Assembly: GCA_946965045.2 (NCBI GenBank)
Contig: OX337239.1
Coordinates: 2,356,001-2,420,000, forward strand
Origin: Epithemia pelagica
Lineage: Eukaryota; Protista; Bacillariophyta
Reading direction: 5' to 3'
Length of the DNA stretch: 64,000 nucleotides
Position numbers and translations under genes: made by a program. Positions 23,060 to 33,100 of the stretch are shown one piece after another; position 1 is the first letter of the stretch; every line of letters starts with the position of its first letter. Below the pieces are notes generated by a model. That model was given only the letters and a program-made list of their open reading frames with translations, did no database searches and was not told the origin of the DNA.

Positions 23060-26000
23060 ATGTTCGAACTTGACTCGAGGGAGATGCACTCCGCATGCTG
23101 GGGAGATGTGTTTCGCACCCGTGTCCCGGATGACACATTACGAATTGTGGCACTCAATACGGCCGGTTTACCAACTACGCCTAATCACCCGAAGTACCAT
23201 TCTCTTCAGGCGTTCATCTTGGCGAATGACATTGACGTTATATGCTTATCAGAAACGAACGTGGCGTGGCAACATGTTGAGGAAACGGCCCATCTGTCCC
23301 AAGTAACGCGGCCTTGGTTCCGCTCTTGTTTCTGCCGCACGTCCTGGTTTCGACGGTTTCCCAGTCCCTCCGCCCGACAACCAGGTGGTGTAGCTATATT
23401 GGTGCGCGATAGCCACAGTGGTCGAGTCATGGAAAGTGGCGACGATCCCTCCGGCCTGGGAAGATGGGTGTGGGTCCGACTCCGTGGAGTTGGGGGCCAA
23501 ACCACGGTCGTGGTTAGCGCGTATCGACCTGTGGATAACCAGCGCGATTTGTACTCGGTTTGGTCCCAACAAAGAACGCATTTCGACAATATGACTCCTA
23601 TTTGTCTGACCGATCCCAGACAGGCCTTCATGGACGACCTGGTGGCGTTTCTCACGGAACGTCAAGCATCGGATGATCACCTGGTAGTATGCCTTGACGC
23701 GAACGAAGACCTTACAGTTCCGTCCAACCCGGTCTCTAGTGGTTTTGCCGCAATTCGTCTTCGCGATGGTCTTTTTACTCGCCATGACCCGGCTTTGGCA
23801 CCTCCGACTCATCAACGAGGGTCTCGACCTATCGACGGAGTGTTTCTCTCCTCCGTCTTGCCTTCGTCACCATCGGGATATCTTCCGTTCGGGTCCGCCG
23901 TTGGGGACCACCGTCCCATCTGGCTCGACTTGGACGTCCGAACCCTGTTTCGCTCCGGAACGCCCGATTCGAGCCACCCCTTGGTCGCCAGACGGCTGCA
24001 ATGCTCGGATCCACGTGTGGTTGCTCGTTACAACCAAGTCCTCAATGATCATTATGCACAACACAATATACCGCATCGCACTTTTCGCCTTGAACAGTTG
24101 GCTTCATCCGGGCAATGGACCCCACAGTGTGCGATGGAATGGGAAGCGCTCGATCAATTGCGTGTGGAGGGTATTAAGACAGCGGATGCGCGTTGTCGTC
24201 GGCTCCGAACAGGACACATCCCGTGGTCCCCAGTCCTAAGTGTCGCGCTGTTGACGCATCGGCTCTGGGATCGCTTATGGGCACGCTCCTTGGGACACAA
24301 GGTTAGTTGGTCGTTCCTGTCGCGCCTTGCTCGGAAGATTCCGATAACACTCCCGGATGCGATGGATCCTTCCTATATTCAAGAACAACGCGATTCTGCC
24401 TGGGAGGAGTATAAACGGGTGCGGTCCGCCGCTGCAGACCACCGCCAGTCCTACCTTGCACAGCTGGCCCAGGCTCGGGCGGATGCAGGTTTGGAGGCCC
24501 AAGCCTCAGCTCTTAAAGTCATGGTGACGCGCGAAAGACAGAGAAAGGAAGCTCGGCTATTACGGTCCATCCTTCGGCCGGGCACCATGCGCAAAGGACT
24601 GGACCGGATTGAGATCCCTATTGGTGAGGGCGAGTGGATTGATGGCGAATGGAATGGCAGTTGGATGGAGGTTACCTCAAAAACGGCAATTGAAGACGGA
24701 TGTTTACGCGAGAACGACCGGCGATTTCGGCAGGCGTCTGGCACGGACTTACTCCAGACACTAGTCATACAAGCGTTGGGTCCGACCGGCTGTACGGCGG
24801 CTGCAACTGAGCTTCTGCGTACCGGTGTGGTCCCGACGGAGGTTTCTAATGTCATCTCGCAACCGGCACGCGAATATCTTCAACAACACCATATCCCTCA
24901 GGCCATTCTCGCGTTTCCCCCGGCCGTTCCGGACTTTCGGACGGTTCCTTACGCTCAGGGGTGGGCTCGGATGCGAGAACATACAGCATCCGGACGATCG
25001 GGTCTTCACTTTGGCCACTTTGTTGCTCAAGCCCGGGATCCGATCCTTGGCTCAGTGGACGCGGCCCTAGCGCGGATTCCAGTTCTCACTGGATTTGTTC
25101 CTCGCCGGTGGACCCAGGGCTTGAATGTCATGCTGGAAAAGAAACCCGGCGTCGCGAAGGTTTCCAAATTGCGAACAATTTTGCTTTATGAAGCAGATTA
25201 CAATCAAAACAACAAGGCGCTCGGTCGTACCATGATGGCTTATGCGGAGCGACAGCAGTTGTTAGCACCGGAGCAGTACGGTAGCCGCAAACATCATAGC
25301 GCCGTGTACCAGGGACTTAACAAAGTGTTGACCTTCGATCTCTTCCGGCAGCAACGACAACCAGGTGCGCTCTGCTCGAACGACGCAAAGTCGTGCTACG
25401 ACCGTATCGGTCACACGGCTGCTGGTCTGGCGATGAGACGTTGCGGCATTCCAATCTCGTTTGTGGAAGCGTCACTCCGTCCGATTCAAGAACTGCGCCA
25501 TTATATCCGTACCACTTATGGGGATTCGGCGATTTTCTTCGCCGCGGACGGCCAAGAGCTACCCATCCAAGGAATCGGACAAGGTAACGGTGGAGGTCCT
25601 GCTATTTGGGCTGTGGTCTCAACCCCGATTTTCAATGCAATGCGTCAACGGGGCTATGGTATTTTTTTACGCCTTCCGTTGACCGGGGACAAGTACCTGT
25701 TCGTGGGCTATGCGTTCGTTGACGACACGGACTTGGTCGTCAACCTTCCCTCTCTGCACCATGACGAATCCCATGCGGATCGCGTCGCCCGTGTTGCTGC
25801 TCGCATGCAAGAGAGTGTCACCTTTTGGGAGGCCGCTCTCCGGGCCTCTGGAGGCGCGTTGGTTCCGCAAAAATGCCATTGGTACCTCTTAGACTTCCGC
25901 TGGTACAATGGGCGATGGGAAATGCTTCCGGCCACCGACGTCGCTTTCCCCCTCCGTGTTCGCTCACCATCCGGCCGACAAGTTCCGATTGAACAGTTAT

Positions 26001-28807
26001 CTCCGCATGAAGCCCGCCGTACTTTGGGAATTCGCGCGGCTCCGGATGGCAACATGGAGGCTGAGATGGAATTCCTGTCTTCGCGCATTCAATCCTGGAC
26101 GGAGCTAATCCGCACGCGACGGCTTCCCCATCATCTTGTTTGGAGTGCCATGCACACAGGGATTCTCCGGACTCTTTCTTACCCTCTGCCGGCTACGACA
26201 TTCTCGGAACAGCAATGCCGTCAGTTGCTCCATCCCCTGCTCCAAGTCGGACTCAGCCGATCTCACATCGTACGCAGTATGCCGCGAGTGGTGGTACACG
26301 GACCGCCGGAACGCGGGGGTTTCGCAGTACCCAATCTGTACACCGAACAGGGCATCGAACATGTCAAAACCATCCTCCACTTTTTCCAGACACCGTCCAT
26401 TACAGGGTATTTGTTACGCGCGTCCTTCCAAGCCCTACAGATCGAACTCGGCCTTCCCGGCAATCCTTTCGATTGGTCGTTTTCCCTTTGGCATAAGTGT
26501 GCCACTCCTACTTGGTTGTCTCATACCTGGGAATTCTGTAGTCGGTATGCAGTTTCCTTTCCCGACCTCAGGTTTTCTCCTATGGCTCCACTCCGGATCG
26601 GCGACTGTTGGATCATGGAATCATTCTACGCAGCCGGCATCCGGTCTCCCACTCGTCTTGCGTCCCTTAACTGGTGTCGATTAGCCCTTCACGCAGCCTC
26701 GCTTTCGGATTTGGCCACGGCAGACAGTCACTACATTCTACCTGCTGCTTGGCAAGGTACAATGGGCCCATGTGGCAGGCGCTATCATTGGGACTGGCCC
26801 AGGTCTCCCCCCTCGCACGAACTGGATTGGGATGATTGGCGCGAAGCCCTGGTCTCCACATTTGGTGTTGAGCGTCGGTTCGGACGGATCCAACGGCCTC
26901 TCGGCTCTTGGGTTTCGTCAAGGGCCTTTGGTTGCTGTGCCTTGTTGTCGCGCCGATTTAATAGGCTCTACTGCCCGGACCTGGATCGATCTTCGGAGAC
27001 CATTCCTACCCGATGGCGAGTGTACCATGAAGTTCCGAGGGCTCATGGACAACCACAGTTCATCTTTCGTGGACACTACATCGGCTTTGCAGCCGTTGGT
27101 TTAGCTTCTCCGTTGCTTGTCGCTGATATTTCGGCGCGACTGGACCAGCCTGTTCAGCCCCAACACACTGTTCGTTTACGCACCGTCCACCCAGTGCCAC
27201 TCGACATTCCGCTTTCTCCGTCCCTGCAGCCTCCCCCGTCGGTGCTATCACAGGTAACTCAAGACCTCCCTCTTGCCTCGCAGTATTGGTTTCTGAAGCC
27301 TAACCCCGAATCGATAGACCAACTCCTCGGTGCTCTCCATCGAGGATCCCTTGAAGCTGTGTCGGACGGGTCCGCTCGTACAGGCGTGGATGGGACTTGT
27401 GCTTGGTGTCTTGCAGTGGACCAGAACCAGCTCGAGGCGGTTTCTGCAGGGGTCCGCGTCCCTGGGCCCGCTGCCAGCCAACACTCTTTCCGCAGTGAGC
27501 TTTTTGGACTCTACAATGTGGCACAATTCGTCCGCGGTCTTGTACGAGTGGGTCATGGTCAAGGAGGCTCAGTCACCTTTGCCACAGATAGCACTAGTGT
27601 CTTGGGCCGGTTACTGTCCTCGTCCCGTCCCGCGTCGGTGTCCGATCAATGTTGGGATCTGGTATCAGCTACTCAGGACATTCTTCGGTCCATGCCCCAA
27701 GTCCGTTGGCTGGGACGCCACGTTCGAGGCCACCAGGATAGTCAGCCAGGCGTCGTAGCTCTTGACCGCTGGGCTCTACGGAATGTCCTTATGGACGAAC
27801 GGGCTGCGCGTACGTATGAGCTTGTCTCTCCCGACGTGCTGCCGCCGTCTCCTGTTGGTCTGGTCCCGTCCGTTCAGCTGGGCCCTGTCACCATTGTCTC
27901 CGATCTAGCCCCGGCCCTGCGCTTACATGTGAATGGACCTCCGCTTACGGAGTACCTGCATCGGCACGACAAATTTGGCGCGGGATCCTCTGACTTAGTC
28001 CACTGGGACGCCTATCAACTCGCCCTATGCGCTCAACCCCTGAATCGCCGACATTGGATCTTGAAATCCACAATGAATCGGTCAGCCGTGGGGGTGGAGA
28101 TGTTGCGACGACGACAGTGGCGCTCGGCCTCGTGCCCCCGCTGCGACTTTCCGACCGAGACTGCCACCCATGTATTCCTGTGCCCACACCCCGAAGTCAC
28201 AGAGCTGTGGGACAACGCTCTCCACAAACTCAACATCTGGTTCGCCCGCCGTTTCACACACCCGCTGGTCTCGTCCTATATTATCGAATCTCTCCGCGCT
28301 TGGCGCCACGGCGCTCCGCCTCCGCCCCTCGCTTCCTCTGTACCACAATTGTCCGCGGCGGCCGCAGCCCAGCGGCTCCTGGGTTGGGACGCTGCGTTTG
28401 AAGGCCGGTGGTCCTTATTGTGGGCGTCGGTCCAAGATCAGTACTATCGCTACATCGGAAGGCGCAACACGGGCCGTCGCTGGCTAGCAGCATTGATTGC
28501 GTTTCTCTGGGACACTGCGTGGGATCTTTGGGAGCACCGGAACGGACACCAGGTCCGACGGGCTCAGGCTCAAGAACAAGCTACGCTCCACGCCGAACTT
28601 CGGTTGGAATATGACCGTGGCCATCTGGGCCTCCCTCGTCCCGTCTCTGCCCTTTTCCGGCGCCCCCTTGAGTTCCGCCTACGTGATGCGCCGGGCTATC
28701 AACGACTCTTTCTGGTCCGTGTTCAAGCGGCCCGACGACGGCATCCATATCGGGTCTTGGCTGAACAACGCCGTCTGTTTCGACGTTTCTTTCGACCCGC
28801 TTCGTAA
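23060..28807 (+). CDS. LINE ORF2: APE endonuclease, reverse transcriptase, RNase H, CCHC zinc finger
   Basis: LSETN, SAYRP, LDANE, GDHRP (APE); CSNDAKSCYDRI, GQGNGGGP, FVDDT (RT); SDGS, RSELFG, TDS, HVRGHQD (RNase H); CPRC..ETATHVFLC. The frame is open from 22805. Confidence 0.95.
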   Translation: MFELDSREMHSACWGDVFRTRVPDDTLRIVALNTAGLPTTPNHPKYHSLQAFILANDIDVICLSETNVAWQHVEETAHLSQVTRPWFRSCFCRTSWFRRFPSPSARQPGGVAILVRDSHSGRVMESGDDPSGLGRWVWVRLRGVGGQTTVVVSAYRPVDNQRDLYSVWSQQRTHFDNMTPICLTDPRQAFMDDLVAFLTERQASDDHLVVCLDANEDLTVPSNPVSSGFAAIRLRDGLFTRHDPALAPPTHQRGSRPIDGVFLSSVLPSSPSGYLPFGSAVGDHRPIWLDLDVRTLFRSGTPDSSHPLVARRLQCSDPRVVARYNQVLNDHYAQHNIPHRTFRLEQLASSGQWTPQCAMEWEALDQLRVEGIKTADARCRRLRTGHIPWSPVLSVALLTHRLWDRLWARSLGHKVSWSFLSRLARKIPITLPDAMDPSYIQEQRDSAWEEYKRVRSAAADHRQSYLAQLAQARADAGLEAQASALKVMVTRERQRKEARLLRSILRPGTMRKGLDRIEIPIGEGEWIDGEWNGSWMEVTSKTAIEDGCLRENDRRFRQASGTDLLQTLVIQALGPTGCTAAATELLRTGVVPTEVSNVISQPAREYLQQHHIPQAILAFPPAVPDFRTVPYAQGWARMREHTASGRSGLHFGHFVAQARDPILGSVDAALARIPVLTGFVPRRWTQGLNVMLEKKPGVAKVSKLRTILLYEADYNQNNKALGRTMMAYAERQQLLAPEQYGSRKHHSAVYQGLNKVLTFDLFRQQRQPGALCSNDAKSCYDRIGHTAAGLAMRRCGIPISFVEASLRPIQELRHYIRTTYGDSAIFFAADGQELPIQGIGQGNGGGPAIWAVVSTPIFNAMRQRGYGIFLRLPLTGDKYLFVGYAFVDDTDLVVNLPSLHHDESHADRVARVAARMQESVTFWEAALRASGGALVPQKCHWYLLDFRWYNGRWEMLPATDVAFPLRVRSPSGRQVPIEQLSPHEARRTLGIRAAPDGNMEAEMEFLSSRIQSWTELIRTRRLPHHLVWSAMHTGILRTLSYPLPATTFSEQQCRQLLHPLLQVGLSRSHIVRSMPRVVVHGPPERGGFAVPNLYTEQGIEHVKTILHFFQTPSITGYLLRASFQALQIELGLPGNPFDWSFSLWHKCATPTWLSHTWEFCSRYAVSFPDLRFSPMAPLRIGDCWIMESFYAAGIRSPTRLASLNWCRLALHAASLSDLATADSHYILPAAWQGTMGPCGRRYHWDWPRSPPSHELDWDDWREALVSTFGVERRFGRIQRPLGSWVSSRAFGCCALLSRRFNRLYCPDLDRSSETIPTRWRVYHEVPRAHGQPQFIFRGHYIGFAAVGLASPLLVADISARLDQPVQPQHTVRLRTVHPVPLDIPLSPSLQPPPSVLSQVTQDLPLASQYWFLKPNPESIDQLLGALHRGSLEAVSDGSARTGVDGTCAWCLAVDQNQLEAVSAGVRVPGPAASQHSFRSELFGLYNVAQFVRGLVRVGHGQGGSVTFATDSTSVLGRLLSSSRPASVSDQCWDLVSATQDILRSMPQVRWLGRHVRGHQDSQPGVVALDRWALRNVLMDERAARTYELVSPDVLPPSPVGLVPSVQLGPVTIVSDLAPALRLHVNGPPLTEYLHRHDKFGAGSSDLVHWDAYQLALCAQPLNRRHWILKSTMNRSAVGVEMLRRRQWRSASCPRCDFPTETATHVFLCPHPEVTELWDNALHKLNIWFARRFTHPLVSSYIIESLRAWRHGAPPPPLASSVPQLSAAAAAQRLLGWDAAFEGRWSLLWASVQDQYYRYIGRRNTGRRWLAALIAFLWDTAWDLWEHRNGHQVRRAQAQEQATLHAELRLEYDRGHLGLPRPVSALFRRPLEFRLRDAPGYQRLFLVRVQAARRRHPYRVLAEQRRLFRRFFRPAS

Positions 28808-29932
28808 TGTCTCGGTCGCCAACCCATTTCTACACACACCCATGTCTCCCGGTACCTCTCGTGTTTTATATTCCTTTCTTCCTTTCCACCCTGTTCTGCG
28901 TTTTCTCTCGTATTTATGGGTCGACTCCTGCGGCGGTATGGTTCTCCACCCGCTAGTGAGGGAGCGACGTTAAAGCCTTTTGGCAGTCTAGCTAGTAATT
29001 ACAGACTAATCTATGAGTTGCATTTGCATTTGCTGATTCCCTGTTTGACCGTGGCAATTCTCCTCTTTTATGTCTTTGACAATCCACCGGTAGGTATTGT
29101 AGGGACGGCATATAGGCACAATGGCAAGACAGAAGTGAAACGAGATGGTCGGACTTTGGTTTGCAACCGTTTCTGACACAATGTCGTTTTCTTGCCGTTT
29201 TGCCGCTGCTGCTTGTTCTTCTCTCGTTGGTTGTACTTGTTTGTTGTTTAGACGGGCCGTTGCACCGATGGTCCTTGTGGCTTTAACGAGAATGGCAATC
29301 CCATTGCATCGGCTTCCTGGTGGCTCCTGTTTGTAGGCGTCCGTCAAGTCCTGACCTGGCTTTGGGCTCGTGCCATGGATGCCTGTTTCATGGATTGGTT
29401 CTTATTGTAGCATGCGTTCCTGTGTCGTCTCTTGGGTCCCCGTTTGACCTTGATGCTCTTGCAAAGCAAGGGATGGCCCTCCGCTCTCTTTTGGTGGGCC
29501 TTGATGGATGCCTCCGTCTTGTATGGGAGTGGCTCCTTCCCGCAGCATTGGTTGTATTGGCAAGACACCTTGTTCATTTTTACCCCCGAAAATCCCAGTG
29601 GAGCCATTTTGACCAATTCCGTCTATCGCAGCTTGATCATTATTGCCGCCATTGTCCCACTGGCGGTGACTTTCAAACGCCATTATGTAGGTTTGCATCT
29701 GGGACAACGGTTATACAGTAAGTCGTCACAGTCCATGTCTTGGTCGACCAAGCTTCCATGTCTATGTGGATCCCAATCACTGCAGGTACAGTGCACACGA
29801 TTCTCTCTCATCTCTGTTACTTCTCGGTGAACACGTTATTTTCTCTTGGTTTCAGCTCGGTTCCACGAACGACTGGACGAGGCCATCCAGTCCATTGCGT
29901 TGATTAGTGAGCTTGCCCTGTGGGTTTGACGC

Positions 29933-30095
29933 TGTTGGAAAAGATGAGGTCGCCCGGCGCGGAGCAAAGACAGCAAGGACAATGACTCACGTAAAGAAAA
30001 CAGTATCGTGGGCAGATATCGTTAGAGGTTCTCGATAAACTCTTATAATTTCACCTCTACCTCTTTTTGTCTCTTGTCTGCACTAATCTTCAACA
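29933..30095 (+). repeat. Copia 5' LTR
   Basis: Identical to 36604-36766. Confidence 0.97.
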
Positions 30096-30157
30096 GGTTA
30101 TTGAGCCCAACTGCCTTTTGCTTCCGTAAGGCAGGCAACGAGCCTGGGTAGAGTACC

Positions 30158-33100
30158 ATGTCGGCCAGTACTGGTTCTACCGATCCACCTGGCCATTCCG
30201 GTTCTAATGGGGGGTTCCTCAGTCGAACACCTTTTCAACGGCTGCTACAGGGCTGGCAGTCCATTCGGCCCAACAGTATCAGCTCCTCGGACATACGTTC
30301 CTTTATTTTACAACGACATCACACTACCCTTCAGGCAGAACTGGATACTACCACGACAGTGCCTGCCGCACCTATCGTTGACGTGCCTCTCATCAGTCGG
30401 TCGACACCGACTGTGCACCAGATCCGTGTCAAACCAGATCCTGAAGCCGGTGTGCCATTTGATGGCAACTCGTTGGGAGCCTACAGTCCCTATACCCGTG
30501 CCGTCATCCTCAACGGCGGTGATCAATCCGTGTGTCGGTCGGACCCGAGTATAGTCGACACTATTGAAGCCGTGGAAGACGCTGTCTATGAAGAAAACTT
30601 GGACGATGTGGGAATTTACGATGTTGAGCCTACTCCTCCTCCCATCGTGTCCACCAAAGGTCGCCTTCCGTCTCCATCTCCGCTGACTACTTCACTTGTG
30701 TCGGATGTCAGTATTGAGTCAGTTCCCGACGTGAGTGTTATCATGTCACCCAGTCAACCACAAGTTCCTCCTGGTGTGGTGCTTGATTCCGATGATATTT
30801 TGGTCTATGCACAGGTGTCCTCGACTGCACCTAGTCACCCGGTGACTGTCAAAGAATCGTATGAGGGCATTGGTCACCCATATCTTCGTGGCTATATTGG
30901 CCCCGACCGATCCACCCAACAATCGCAGAAACGCTTTTATGTTGTCCGTACCGGGTGGAATCCAGGAATCTTTACGTCGTGGGGGGCAGCTTGGGTCCGT
31001 ACTGTCGACTACAAGTCGTTTACCGGCCATGGAGCCGAGTTTGCCAGTGCTCCAACCTACGCTGCGGCGGTTCGGTATCTCGGGTGGGATCCGGCGTTGT
31101 CTTCTAACCCCCGTGGTCCATTTCCTCCTCCGCCCAGTGTTCCCTTTGTTCGTGGTCCTACGGTTGGCGACCTGTCCTCCCCTTCCGTGGCTGCTCCGTT
31201 AGTCGATCCTGCGGTTGCCTCTCGTCTTGCCTCGACTCTCCGTGCTCAGGATGTGGCCGAGTCTACTGTGGCCGAGGTGGTCCGTCGGCTTCAACGCTCC
31301 TTTGAGTCTTCTCCAGGTGTGTCTGGATCGGGGGGGTCCGTTTTGTCGTCGCGCGTTGAAACACCCGAGGGTAAACTCCGCCGAGAGCAAAAAGGGTTTC
31401 CAGAGTACCCAGCAACGGCCTTTACCGGCGAAGATTTTGATGTCTACTACGAGACCGTCCAGAACATTCTGTACATGCCACATTGGTCCTTGGCGGACGG
31501 GAGCTGTGTGACCTCTCACGTTGACACTCCTGACAACGACCACGATCGCGAGATATCAAGACAGCTCCACTATCACTTGGTGGTGTCTATTCAAGCTCAT
31601 CGTAACCCCGTGGCTCTTAGCGTCTTGTCGGAGCTGCGATCTACCGATGACTATGGAAACGGTATCAAGTTGTTGGAGTCTCTCCGGGCCATTGCCTATC
31701 CCAACAATACGAGCTCCTTTCTCCAAGACTTCGACACGTGGAGTCGCCTAAGTCACCGAAACAAGGAAGATCTCACTACTTTTTATCGTCGTGCTAAGGA
31801 GGCCCGTCATCGTCTCTCTACTCATTCTTACGACATGACGGATTTCCAATTCAGGACTCGGTTTTACTACTTGGTGATTAAAGGGCCTTACGGCCATGCC
31901 ATGTCTACCTTGGAGGAGGAATTCAAGTGTGGTCGGCTCAACTTGGCCACTCTTAGTACACAGGAACTGTTCATCCAAATGCACCAAGAGTTCCGTTCCC
32001 AATGTTACAAGAGCTCCAGTAGTATGGAAGTGGTCGACGGAAAATCTGTTGGCGGTCCGTCTAAAGGGCGTCGAGTCCACGCTGGATCAAGTGATCAGGA
32101 TGATGGTTTCACTCCTGTCGGTGCGGCGGTGTCTTCGTCTGCTGCCAAGCAAGTGCATCGTGACCATAAGTGTATCCTTTGTAAAATCCTTCGCAAAGGG
32201 AATAAGCGTTTTGGACCGGGGATCCATTCCACCGCCAAGTGTCCCATCTTGAAGGAGTGCGGTTTCACAATCCACTATGACTACGAAAAGGATCAAGTCT
32301 TGAATCCTGAGGGTCGTCCCTCGACCTTTTCGTCCGGTGGGGGGCGTCCTAGTGCTCGTCGTGTGGATAGTGGTGGATCGGGTTCTGCTCCCACCACTGG
32401 GGGGGGATCCTCGACTCGCTCAACGACTGACACGGCTGGTTCCACACCTGTTGTCGTTGAAACCGACACCTCCTCAACAGATCCAACGAGTCCCGCTCCA
32501 TCTCCAGGCAAGTCTCCTCTACGACATGACGGCGTTGGTCGCGTTGCTAGCTTCACTAACCCTTCCCACTCCATACAGGTTCCCGAGCCCACGGATGACG
32601 ATGAGGATGCTTGGTCATGTGGGTCCTGTTTCACGGACGATGACCAACATTCTGTAACATCTTATCTTCGGATCACACGTGGGGATAAGGAAGTAGTGAA
32701 GTTAGTAACCGATATAACCACCGATGCTCATGCCTTACCTGGTGCTCCCTATGCCTGTCGTCGTAGTCATGATCCGTCGTTCACGGAGGCGCGTCCCTTC
32801 CTTTGTCCTGACTCTGGCGCTACGGCTGATATGTTTTGGGATCGCTCGTTCTTCGACGACGAGAGCTATGAAGAATTGGCGGATCAGTATGTGGAAATGG
32901 GCGACGGGAGTCGCGTGCCTATTGTCGGCCGGGGAACCGTGAGTTTCCTGATGGATGGCCACTACGTGCGTCTCTCTGATTGTCTTCACGTCCCAGATTT
33001 GGACGTGCATCTGCTTTCTATTCGGACTCATCGGCGCCGTGGCGTCGGATGCACATTCTTGGCTGACGATGAGGGCATGTTCCTTACTTTCCCTTCCTTT

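Larger units (their letters stand above)
20100..29029 (+). mobile_element. Full-length Ambal-clade non-LTR retrotransposon
   Basis: Perfect 17-bp TSD TTGCTGATTCCCTGTTT at 20083-20099 and 29030-29046; 91-bp 5' UTR, ORF1, ORF2 (APE-RT-RNaseH-CCHC); tail TTGCATTTGCATT. Confidence 0.92.
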
